Part shown: positions 55,657 to 64,000 of the stretch, piece by piece
How the letters are laid out: every line of letters begins with the position of its first letter
Numbering within the stretch: position 1 is the stretch's first letter
Source: Desulfomicrobium sp.
Lineage (GTDB): Bacteria > Desulfobacterota > Desulfovibrionia > Desulfovibrionales > Desulfomicrobiaceae
Assembly (NCBI GenBank): GCA_040768745.1
Contig: JAXGMI010000001.1
Span: 1,056,001 to 1,120,000, forward strand
Length of the DNA: 64,000 bases
Reading direction: 5' to 3'
Program-made: the position numbers and the translations under genes
The notes under the pieces: model-generated
Databases searched by the model: none
What the model saw: only the letters and a program-made list of their open reading frames with translations
Told to the model about the DNA's origin: nothing

Positions 55657-57554
55657 GCCTGCTGCGCAACAGAAACTTCTACATCATGCTCCTCGGAGAG
55701 GCCGGGCTGTTTGCCCTGGCCCTGTTCGTGGCCTACGGCCTGCGCTTCGAGTTCGAGATCCCGGGGCAGTATCTCCGGCAGATGCTCCTCCTGCTCCCGG
55801 CCAGCGTGCTCAGCAAGCTGGTTTTCTTCGGGGCCATGGGCCTGTACCGGGGCATGTGGCGGTACACCGGGCTGGCGGACCTGTGGCGCATCGCCCGGGC
55901 GATCATCCTGGCCGAGATCTGCCTGGTCCTGTACACGGTCTTTGTCCGCCATTTCCAGGGCTACCCCCGTTCGGTCTTCATCCTGGACCCCCTCCTGTCC
56001 TTTGTTTTTGCCTGCGGCGCGCGGGTCTTCATCCGCTCCATGTACGAAATCTCGTCCAGCCCCCTGGACTGGATCCTGTCCTTTGTCCCCTTCAGGCTGC
56101 GGTCCCCCCGGCCCGGGGCCAGGGCCCTCATCGTCGGGGCCGACGACGAGGCGGCGCGCATGGCCAAGGAAATCCTGGGCCTGCGGGACTCCGGGCTGCA
56201 CCTGCTCGGGTTCGTGGACGACGACGCTTCCCGCATCGGCCGGCGCATCCACGACCTGCCCGTGTTCGGGCCCCTGGACCGGCTGACGGACGTGGCCAGC
56301 TCCGTGGGGGCCGAGGAGGTGCTGGTCAGCGCCTCCAGGAGCATCGCCGGCGGGCCGCGGCATATCATGGAGGCCTGCGAGGCGGCCCGGGTCCGCGTCA
56401 AGAAGCTGCCGGCCCTGGCCGACATCGCCAACGGCAGGGTGTCCATCAAGGCCCTGCGGGACGTGCGCTTCGAGGACCTGCTGGGCCGGGCCGAGGTGCA
56501 CCTGGACGTGGCCGGCATCCAGGGCTACCTGCGGGACAAGGTCGTGCTGGTGACCGGGGCCGGGGGGTCCATCGGCGCGGAGCTGTGCCGCCAGATCCTG
56601 CGTTTCGGGCCGCGGTCCATCGTCCTCTACGACGCCGGGGAGGCCAACCTGTACGGCATCGAGATGGAGCTCAAGCACGAGCGCGGGTTCGACCGCTATG
56701 TCCCGGTCCTGGGCCAGGTCCAGGACGAGGTCCTGCTGGACCAGGTCTTTGCCCGGCACAGGCCGCAGGTCGTGTTCCACGCCGCGGCCTACAAGCACGT
56801 GCCCATGCTGGAGCTCAATCCCTGGCAGGCCGTGACCAACAACATCGTGGGCTCGCAAACCGTCATGGAGGCCGCGGTCCGGTTCGGGGCGGAGCGCTTC
56901 GTGCTCGTGTCCACGGACAAGGCCGTGCGGCCGACCAACGTCATGGGCGCGTCCAAGCGCGTGGCGGAGCTGATCATGCGCGGCATGCAGGGGGGCAGCA
57001 CCGCCTTCATGGCCGTGCGCTTCGGCAACGTGCTGGGCTCGTCGGGATCGGTCATCCCCCTGTTCCGGCGCCAGATCGGGCACGGCGGGCCGGTCACGGT
57101 CACCCATCCGGAGGTGACCCGCTATTTCATGACCATCCCCGAGGCGGCCCAGCTCATCGTCCAGGCCGGGGCCCTGGGCCGGGGCGGAGAGATTTTCCTG
57201 CTCAAGATGGGCCAGCCCGTGCGCATCGCGGACCTGGCCCGGGACCTCATCGTGCTGTCAGGCAAGGATCCCGCTGAAATCGAGATCAGGTTCACGGGGC
57301 TGCGGCCGGGTGAAAAGCTCTACGAAGAGCTCATCACGGCCGGGGAGGGGGTCGTGCAGACCGGGCACGACAAGATCATGGTCCTGGAACAGCTGGGGCT
57401 GACCCCGGCCCGGCCGGGCATCGAAACCCTGGTGCAGGCGGCCCAGGCCTTTGACGGCGACGCCGTGCGGGGTGAGCTGGCGCGGCTGGTGCCGGAGTAC
57501 TGTCCCGCCCGCACGCCTGTGAAGCACGCCCTGGACCCTGCCGCCGGCAGGTGA
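55653..57554 (+). CDS. pglF: UDP-GlcNAc 4,6-dehydratase, PglF/CapD-like
   Basis: N-terminal TM segments, TGAGGSIG, HAAAYKHVP, STDKAVRPTNVMGASK, GLRPGEKLYEEL. Confidence 0.9.
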   Translation: MSLLRNRNFYIMLLGEAGLFALALFVAYGLRFEFEIPGQYLRQMLLLLPASVLSKLVFFGAMGLYRGMWRYTGLADLWRIARAIILAEICLVLYTVFVRHFQGYPRSVFILDPLLSFVFACGARVFIRSMYEISSSPLDWILSFVPFRLRSPRPGARALIVGADDEAARMAKEILGLRDSGLHLLGFVDDDASRIGRRIHDLPVFGPLDRLTDVASSVGAEEVLVSASRSIAGGPRHIMEACEAARVRVKKLPALADIANGRVSIKALRDVRFEDLLGRAEVHLDVAGIQGYLRDKVVLVTGAGGSIGAELCRQILRFGPRSIVLYDAGEANLYGIEMELKHERGFDRYVPVLGQVQDEVLLDQVFARHRPQVVFHAAAYKHVPMLELNPWQAVTNNIVGSQTVMEAAVRFGAERFVLVSTDKAVRPTNVMGASKRVAELIMRGMQGGSTAFMAVRFGNVLGSSGSVIPLFRRQIGHGGPVTVTHPEVTRYFMTIPEAAQLIVQAGALGRGGEIFLLKMGQPVRIADLARDLIVLSGKDPAEIEIRFTGLRPGEKLYEELITAGEGVVQTGHDKIMVLEQLGLTPARPGIETLVQAAQAFDGDAVRGELARLVPEYCPARTPVKHALDPAAGR

Positions 57555-57766
57555 CGCTTTGCCTCGGCAATCAGGCCCCGGGCTGCCTTCGTCTTGACAG
57601 GCCGGGGTGATGCGCGCAATGGAGTCAGGCCACCTGTCCCCCGTGCGTCATGGGCCAGGTCGGGCCGGATCCGTGTTCTGAGGCTGGCTCCAGCCAAACC
57701 GCAGGGGCTGTCAGCACATTGTGATGATCCAATCGTATCCGCCGCAAGGAAGTGGGGTTGACGGCA

Positions 57767-58021
57767 ATGGACACTGGCGTGTTGATCGCGGTCCAGATCA
57801 TCGGACTCTACGTCTGTCTGGGGCCCTTTGTCTGTCTGGGGCTCTACGTCCTCTTTGACCGGCTGGCGGAGCGCAGGTTCGAACCCCCGAAGGCCGGGGA
57901 CGTGGAGGATGAAGATCCGGCCCTGTGGACCCCGGCGCAGGTGGATGAGTTTCTGGCCCGCAAGAACATGTTTGATTCCTTGACAATGTCTGCCCCGAAC
58001 TCGCATATCCGACGAGGGTGA
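57767..58021 (+). CDS. Possible small membrane protein
   Basis: Hydrophobic N-terminus and acidic C-terminus; weak RBS; short internal duplication GTCTGTCTGGGG x2. Confidence 0.35.
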   Translation: MDTGVLIAVQIIGLYVCLGPFVCLGLYVLFDRLAERRFEPPKAGDVEDEDPALWTPAQVDEFLARKNMFDSLTMSAPNSHIRRG

Positions 58022-58117
58022 GCGGTCGGCCCGGCGGTGTGCAATCCCTGATCCGGGACCCCCCAATGCGTGTCGGCACCTGCGGTGCCGCAACGAGGTG
58101 TGCGTACAGCGGAACAT

Positions 58118-59836
58118 ATGAATGTATTCTTGCGGAAATGGAAAAAGTATTTCGTCCTTGCCGGGATGTTGAGCTGCCTCATCAATCTGCTGCAATTGAC
58201 ATTCTCCTTTTACATGTTCGCCATATACGGATCAGTCGTAAACAGTTTCAGCTACAGCACCCTCTCCTCCATCACGATCATCGCCGTCTTCTGCCTCGCG
58301 TTCCTGGCGGTCTTTTCCATGCTGCGCGGCAAGCTGCTGCATGCCTCCGGCGTCGCACTGGAGCGGTCCCTCAGCCGGGATGTCATGGAAACGATGATCA
58401 CCTCCATGGCCGGGCCCGAGAAGAAGTCCTACCAGCAGGGCCTGGCGGACATCTCCACGCTGCGGAACTTCCTGGGCAGCCCGGCGCTGCACGCTGTCTT
58501 CGACATCCCCTGGGCCCCCATCTACCTCGTGCTGATATTCTTTTTCCATCCCGGCCTGGGCCTGCTGGCCCTGGGAGGGGCGGTGGTCACCCTGGGCCTG
58601 ACCCTGCTCCAGGATCGCTGGACCAGGGACCGGCTGGCGGGGGCCAATGTCCTTGCCCTTGAGGGACGCAGGTTCATGGACACCATGCTCAAGAACGCCG
58701 AGGTGGTGAACGCCATGGGCATGGGCGGGGCCGTGTACTCCCGCTTCGAGGAGAAGAACGCCGAGATCGTCTACAATCAGACCGTGGCCAGCAGATATGC
58801 GGGCCTGGCCCAGAGCGCCATCAAGTCCATCCAGGTGCTGATGAATGTGCTGATCTACGGGGCCGGAGCCTGGTACGTCATCGCGGAGGGCTTTGACGCC
58901 GGGTTGATGATCGCCGCCTCCATCATCATGGGGCAGGCCATTTCCCCGTTCATGCGCGCCCTGTTCGGGGCCAAGAACATTGCCCAGGCCAGGGAGGCGT
59001 ACACCCGCCTGCATACGTTTTCCCAGATCATGGACAGCAGGACCGAGAGGATGCCGTTGCCCGCCCCGCGGGGAGCCCTGACGGCCGAAGGTGTTTTTTT
59101 CGTCCTCAACAAGCGGGTGCTGCTGGGCGACGTGTCCCTGCGCCTCGATCCGGGCCAGTTTCTGGGGCTGGTGGGCCCCAATGGGGCGGGCAAAACCACC
59201 CTCGGCCGGGTCCTGCTGGGGATCTGGCCCCCTGTGCGCGGCACGGTCCGCCTGGACGGGGTGGATGTCTCCCGGTGGGACAAGGCGGAGTTCGGGAGGC
59301 ACGTGGGCTACCTGCCCCAGGAGGTGGACCTTTTTCCGGCCACCGTGGCCGAGAATATCGCCCGCCTGGACACGCCGGACATGTTCGAGGTGCAGCGGGT
59401 CTGCGAAGAGGTGGGCATTGCCGAACTCGTCACGGCCCTTCCCCAGGGTTACGAGACGGTGGTGGGCAGATCGGGCGGGGTCATGTTCTCCGGGGGCCAG
59501 AAGCAGCGGATCGGCCTGGCGCGCGCCCTGTACGGGGCCCCCAGACTGCTGATCCTGGACGAGCCCAACTCCAACCTGGACGAGGCCGGGGAAGCGCATC
59601 TGGTCCAGACCCTGGAGCGGATCCGGCAGGCCCGCAGCGCCACCTGCATCATGATAACGCATAAAATGGAGCTGTTGCGCATGGTGGACAAGATACTCGT
59701 CTTGCAGAATGGTCAGGTGGCCCATTTCGGGGAGCGGACCGAGGTCCTCGGGGCCATTGCCCGGACATCCCAGCCTGCGCGGCCGCAGCAGGCCGGACCT
59801 GCAAGGAGCCTGGGCAGCGGGGAAGGAGCCGAATGA
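58118..59836 (+). CDS. Type I secretion ABC transporter (PrtD/AprD family), paralogue 1
   Basis: FDIPWAPIY, GPNGAGKT, YLPQEVDLF, FSGGQKQRIGLARA, LDEPNSNLD. Confidence 0.92.
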   Translation: MNVFLRKWKKYFVLAGMLSCLINLLQLTFSFYMFAIYGSVVNSFSYSTLSSITIIAVFCLAFLAVFSMLRGKLLHASGVALERSLSRDVMETMITSMAGPEKKSYQQGLADISTLRNFLGSPALHAVFDIPWAPIYLVLIFFFHPGLGLLALGGAVVTLGLTLLQDRWTRDRLAGANVLALEGRRFMDTMLKNAEVVNAMGMGGAVYSRFEEKNAEIVYNQTVASRYAGLAQSAIKSIQVLMNVLIYGAGAWYVIAEGFDAGLMIAASIIMGQAISPFMRALFGAKNIAQAREAYTRLHTFSQIMDSRTERMPLPAPRGALTAEGVFFVLNKRVLLGDVSLRLDPGQFLGLVGPNGAGKTTLGRVLLGIWPPVRGTVRLDGVDVSRWDKAEFGRHVGYLPQEVDLFPATVAENIARLDTPDMFEVQRVCEEVGIAELVTALPQGYETVVGRSGGVMFSGGQKQRIGLARALYGAPRLLILDEPNSNLDEAGEAHLVQTLERIRQARSATCIMITHKMELLRMVDKILVLQNGQVAHFGERTEVLGAIARTSQPARPQQAGPARSLGSGEGAE

Positions 59837-61209
59837 AACGAAACAACGTGTTGCGCTACTTTGTGCCGGGCCTGCTGGCGGTCCTGCTGACCGTCCAGGG
59901 CGCCTGGGGAACGGAACATGCGCCGGGCGGAGGGCCGCCGGCGTACACGCTGCGGGACTGCGTGGAGATGGCCCTGGAACGCAGCCCGCGGATCCAGGCC
60001 GCCGAGGACGCCATCCGCAAGGCGGACGCCGATGTGGGGATGGCCAGGTCCGGATTTTTCCCCAAGGTGAAGGCCTATGCGACCAGCAGGACCCTGCAGG
60101 GCCTGAGTTCCACGGGGTACTACAGTGACAGCGACTACGACGACCAGTCCGCGACGAGCCAGGGCCTGCAGTTGACCCAGGCCCTTTTCGCCGGGCTGAC
60201 CATATTCAACGGCTACCAGCGGGCCGTCCTGGCCCGCGAGTACGTGGCGGCCGAAAGGGAGGAGGCCGTGGCCGGCCTGACCCTGGAGGTGCAGTCCGTG
60301 TTCCTGGAACGGCTGCGGGCCGTGGAGCAGGCCAAGGTCTACAAGGCCCACCTGGACAGCCTGGAAGTCAACGGACGGGCCCTGGAGGCCATGTTCGCCC
60401 AGCGCCTCGTCCCCTACAGCGACGTGCTGGACGTGCAGGCCGAGATCTCCAACGCCCGGCAGAAGCTGAGCGAAGCCGAAAACTCCGTGGCCGTGAAGAC
60501 CATCGAACTCAAGGGGCTGATGCAGGTCCCCTTCGAGCAGGAGGCGGTGTTCGTGGCGGACGCCTGGGACGCGGCCTACATGCCGGAGCTGACCCTGGAG
60601 CAGATCAGGTCCCACGCCTTTGAAAACAAGCCCGGGATTCTGCTGGCCAGGCTCGCGGTGCAGGTGGTCCAGAAGGACAGGGACGTGGCCATGGGCACCT
60701 TTGCCCCGCGCGTCAACCTCACCCTGTCCTACAACAAGCTGGATATGAACTACGATGACCCGGGACGGAGTCTGGCCGGGGATTACGACCGCGACTACAC
60801 CAAGGAATACGGGGTGGGCATGCTCTCGGTGGAATGGGACCTGTTCACGGGAGGCCGGGACTACCACCAGCTGCAGCGGGTCAAGCACGAGATCAGCCGG
60901 CTGCAGAACAACCTGAAGGACCAGGAGTCCATGGCCTACACGGAAATCGAGAAGTCCTACGCCTCGTTTCAGGAGGCGCGGAGCCGGGCCCGGCACGCCC
61001 TGGCCTTTCTGAAAAGTTCCAGGGAGAACCTGGCCGTGGCCCAGGCGCGCCTGGACAAAAGCATGGGCACCCTGCCGGAGCTGGTGCTGGCCCGCAGCAA
61101 AGTCCAGGATGCGGAGTCGAGCCTCGTGGCATCGCACATCGACTGCCAGAAGGCCCTGGCCAACCTGAATTACGCCATGGGCCGCCGCACCTCGTCCCTG
61201 TTGCAGTAA
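59833..61209 (+). CDS. TolC-family outer membrane protein
   Basis: Signal peptide, TLRDCVEMAL, FFPKV, LTQALFAG, WDLFTGG. Confidence 0.88.
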   Translation: MKRNNVLRYFVPGLLAVLLTVQGAWGTEHAPGGGPPAYTLRDCVEMALERSPRIQAAEDAIRKADADVGMARSGFFPKVKAYATSRTLQGLSSTGYYSDSDYDDQSATSQGLQLTQALFAGLTIFNGYQRAVLAREYVAAEREEAVAGLTLEVQSVFLERLRAVEQAKVYKAHLDSLEVNGRALEAMFAQRLVPYSDVLDVQAEISNARQKLSEAENSVAVKTIELKGLMQVPFEQEAVFVADAWDAAYMPELTLEQIRSHAFENKPGILLARLAVQVVQKDRDVAMGTFAPRVNLTLSYNKLDMNYDDPGRSLAGDYDRDYTKEYGVGMLSVEWDLFTGGRDYHQLQRVKHEISRLQNNLKDQESMAYTEIEKSYASFQEARSRARHALAFLKSSRENLAVAQARLDKSMGTLPELVLARSKVQDAESSLVASHIDCQKALANLNYAMGRRTSSLLQ

Positions 61210-61218
61210 GGAGCACCG

Positions 61219-62877
61219 ATGAAAGCCTTCATGAAGAAATGGATGCAGTACTTCTGGTTCGCGTTTTTTTTCAGCCTGTTCATCAACACGCTGCAGCTCG
61301 TGTTCCCTGTCTATATGCTCCTCATCTACGACAAGGTCCTGGCCAGCAGGAGCGTGCCGACCCTGCTGACCGTCACGGTCGGCGCTGTCCTGTCCCTCTC
61401 GGTCATGGCCTGCCTCGACTTTTTGCGTTCCCGCCTGCTGGTGCGGGCCGGCGTTGCCGTGGACCGCACCCTGACCCGCCCCGTCATCACGGAAATGGTC
61501 CGTGACGCCGTGCGCATCGACTCCAAATCGTACCGCGAGGGGATCCTGGACATCAACACCGTGCGCAATTTCCTTTCGGGCAGCGCTGCGTTCTCCTTTT
61601 TCGATCTGCCCTGGGTGCCCATCTACATCTTGGCCATCTACTCCATGAACGCCTGGCTGGGCTGGCTGGCCCTGGGCGGGGCCTGCGTGCTCCTGCTCCT
61701 GGGCCTGGCCCAGGAGCTGCTGACCGGCGAGCGGTTCGCCCTGGCCAAGACCATGGAGCGGCGCTCGAACCAGCTCGTGGGGCTGGGGTTGCGCAACGCG
61801 GAGGTCATCACCGGGATGAACATGCTGCCCGGCCTGGTCAACCACTGGCTGCGCGGCCAGGAGCAGGCCCTGTGGCTGCAGACCAACGCCTTCCGCTTCA
61901 GCTCCCTGCTGGGGTCCCTGTCCAAAACCTTCCGCTCGGGCATGCAGGTTTTCGTGTACGGGGTCGGCGCGTACCTGGTCCTGGAGAACGAGACCACGGC
62001 CGGAGTCATGATCGCGGCCTCGGTCATCGTGCGGCAGGCGCTGGGTCCTGTGGACCAGGTCATGGGGACCTGGAAGCAGACCGTGGAGGCCCGGGCCGCG
62101 TACAAGCGGCTGCGGGCCCTGCTGGAGGCGGCCCAGACCCGTACGGCCATGGAGCTGCCCGAGCCCAAGGGCAGGCTGGAGGTCGAGGGCCTGGGCCTGG
62201 CCCTGGCCGGCCGCCCCATCGTGAACAACGTGTCCTTTGCCCTGGCCCCGGGCGAGTCCATGGGGCTCATCGGCCCCAGCGGAGCGGGCAAGAGCTCCCT
62301 GTGCCGTCTGCTGCTGGGGATCTGGCCGGGGACGGCGGGCAAGGTCCGCCTGGACGGGGCGGACATCTTTTCCTGGGACAGCGACGCGCTGGGCCGCTAT
62401 GTGGGCTACCTGCCCCAGGACGTGGAGCTTTTCGCCGGCACCGTGGCCGAGAACATCGCGCGCATGGGCGAGGTCGAGGCCGACAAGGTTGTGGAGGCCG
62501 CCACCCTGGCCGGGGTGCACGAGATGATCCTGCGCATGCCCCAGGGGTATGACACCCAGATCGGGGACCTGGGGGCCCAGCTTTCCGGGGGGCAGCGGCA
62601 GCTCGTGGGCCTGGCCCGCGTCTTTTACGGAACACCCAGGCTGGTGATCCTGGACGAGCCCAACTCCAACCTCGACGACCGCGGCGAGCGGGCCCTGGCC
62701 CTGGCCCTGGGCGAGCTGAAGCAGCGGGGCGCGACCACCATCATGGTCACCCACAAGCCGTCGCTGCTGGCCTCGGTGGACAGGATCCTGGTGCTCAAGG
62801 ACGGGCAGGCCGCCATGTTCGGCCCGCGGGAGGAGGTCTTCAAAGCCCTGATGTCCGCCCCGGGGGGCAACGCGTGA
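61219..62877 (+). CDS. Type I secretion ABC transporter (PrtD/AprD family), paralogue 2
   Basis: YMLLIYDKVLASRSVPTL, FDLPWVPIY, GPSGAGKS, LSGGQRQ, LDEPNSNLD. Confidence 0.93.
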   Translation: MKAFMKKWMQYFWFAFFFSLFINTLQLVFPVYMLLIYDKVLASRSVPTLLTVTVGAVLSLSVMACLDFLRSRLLVRAGVAVDRTLTRPVITEMVRDAVRIDSKSYREGILDINTVRNFLSGSAAFSFFDLPWVPIYILAIYSMNAWLGWLALGGACVLLLLGLAQELLTGERFALAKTMERRSNQLVGLGLRNAEVITGMNMLPGLVNHWLRGQEQALWLQTNAFRFSSLLGSLSKTFRSGMQVFVYGVGAYLVLENETTAGVMIAASVIVRQALGPVDQVMGTWKQTVEARAAYKRLRALLEAAQTRTAMELPEPKGRLEVEGLGLALAGRPIVNNVSFALAPGESMGLIGPSGAGKSSLCRLLLGIWPGTAGKVRLDGADIFSWDSDALGRYVGYLPQDVELFAGTVAENIARMGEVEADKVVEAATLAGVHEMILRMPQGYDTQIGDLGAQLSGGQRQLVGLARVFYGTPRLVILDEPNSNLDDRGERALALALGELKQRGATTIMVTHKPSLLASVDRILVLKDGQAAMFGPREEVFKALMSAPGGNA

Positions 62878-62935
62878 TGTGCCGGGCCGATTCGCGATGG
62901 TTTCCGGCCGCTGACAACGAATGAGGAGAAGTGGG

Positions 62936-64000
62936 ATGTCGCAACTGACACCGGAAGAAAGCAAGATTCTCGACACCAATCCCCGCCCAATCATCTGGGC
63001 GGGGCTGGCACTCATCGTCCTTTTCTTTGGCGGACTGCTGGCCTGGTCCGCCTTTCTGCCGTTTTACGGCGCCGTGGTGACCCATGGGACGGTCAAGGTT
63101 TCCCAGAACAAGAAGGTCGTCCAGCACCTGGAAGGGGGCATCATCGACAAAATTTTCGTGCGCGAGGGGGACGAGGTGCGGGCCGGGCAGGTGCTCATCC
63201 GCCTGCGCGACGAGCGCATCGAGGCCTCCGTGTCCCTGGGCCAGGGACACCTGTGGGCCAAGATCGCCCTGGCCGCGCGGCTCAGGGCCGAAAGCCAGCT
63301 GGCGGAAAAGGTGGAATGGCCCCCGGAAATGCTCAGCGCGGCAGGGGAACCCGAGGTGGCCGAGGCCCGGGACAAGGAGAACGCCGTGTTCGTATCCCGC
63401 CTGCGGGACATGCAGGGCAAGATCTCCCTCTACAACTCCCAGATCGAGCAGCTGCAGCGCCAGGCCGAAGGCGCCCAGGCCGAACTTGCGGCCCAGCAGA
63501 ACATCATCGCCAGCCTCAGGGGCGAGATTGTGGCCAAGGAGGCCCTGCTGCGGGAAAAGTACATCGACCAGGCCCAGATCTTCGAACTCAAACGCCGCCT
63601 GTCCTCCTCCGAGGGGCAGGCCGGCAGCCTGCAGCAGGGCATCGCCGAGAACAGGAAGCGGATCGAGGAGCTGCGCCTGCGCATCGTGGACCTGCGCAAC
63701 TCCTACCGCGAGTCCGCCATTTCGGAATTGAGCAAGGTCACGGACGAGATATTCCAGCTCCGCGAGCAGCTGCGGCCCATGCGCGATTCCCAGAAGCGCC
63801 TGGACATCGCGGCCCCGGTGGACGGGATCGTCCTCAACCTGCTGGTCCATTCCGAGAATTCGGCGGTGATCAGGCCGGGGGAGGCACTCCTGGACATCGT
63901 GCCCAAGGACGCGCGGCTCATCGTGGAGGCCCGCATCCCGCCCAACGAGATCACCAAGGTGCACAAGGGCCAGCATGCCGAGGTCATCCTCTCGGCCTTT
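62936..64000 (+). CDS. HlyD-family type I secretion periplasmic adaptor (partial, runs off the window end)
   Basis: GAGGAG RBS; MSQLTPEES..., TM segment, KKVVQHLEGGIIDKIFVREGD, IAAPVDGIV. Confidence 0.92.
   Translation, partial: MSQLTPEESKILDTNPRPIIWAGLALIVLFFGGLLAWSAFLPFYGAVVTHGTVKVSQNKKVVQHLEGGIIDKIFVREGDEVRAGQVLIRLRDERIEASVSLGQGHLWAKIALAARLRAESQLAEKVEWPPEMLSAAGEPEVAEARDKENAVFVSRLRDMQGKISLYNSQIEQLQRQAEGAQAELAAQQNIIASLRGEIVAKEALLREKYIDQAQIFELKRRLSSSEGQAGSLQQGIAENRKRIEELRLRIVDLRNSYRESAISELSKVTDEIFQLREQLRPMRDSQKRLDIAAPVDGIVLNLLVHSENSAVIRPGEALLDIVPKDARLIVEARIPPNEITKVHKGQHAEVILSAF

Noticed and set aside
25929..57554. Calling the locus a standard O-antigen cluster
   Set aside because: No Wzy, Wzz, Wzm/Wzt or WaaL was recognised in the window, while pglB is embedded; shared use for LPS cannot be excluded.
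59713..63015. 1100-aa minus-strand ORF, and similar long antisense ORFs (e.g. 15401-17716, 23038-25236, 28062-30197, 49824-52091)
   Set aside because: These are shadow frames overlapping well-supported genes in GC-rich DNA, with no recognisable motifs.

Overview
This is a GC-rich bacterial chromosome segment; the gene content suggests a sulfate-reducing deltaproteobacterium (Desulfovibrionales-like), which is an inference. Bases 1-25.9 kb are housekeeping: TPR protein (partial), sigma54 activator, sfsA, hslO, folE2, nikR, a purine-nucleoside ABC transporter with gpt, an RHH-PilZ protein, an RdgC-like pair, GH57, trmFO, a P-type ATPase, an atypical NhaA, RluA, a U32 protein and comEA. Bases 25.9-57.6 kb hold a co-oriented N-linked protein glycosylation locus: gmd, fcl, Wzx, methyltransferases, a perosamine-type aminotransferase, GT2/GT4/GT11 enzymes and pglA/B/C/D/E/F-like genes, with an AT-rich core and an IS1595-family element. 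A type I secretion operon with two ABC paralogues follows. The most striking feature is an array of MNT/HEPN toxin-antitoxin-like cassettes (~30.4-36.8 kb) inside the glycan locus. Five copies of a conserved ~45-57 bp non-coding site (core AAA[G/A]G[A/G]AGACnTG) punctuate it, and three copies are followed within a few bases by a duplicated 3' fragment of a gene in the array. Genes just upstream of insertions have C-depleted tails, and a PrlF-YhaV module after pglB sits between perfect 22-bp direct repeats. Together these suggest a cassette-acquisition mechanism that targets gene 3' ends; no enzyme for it was identified in the window. No rRNA, tRNA or CRISPR array was seen.
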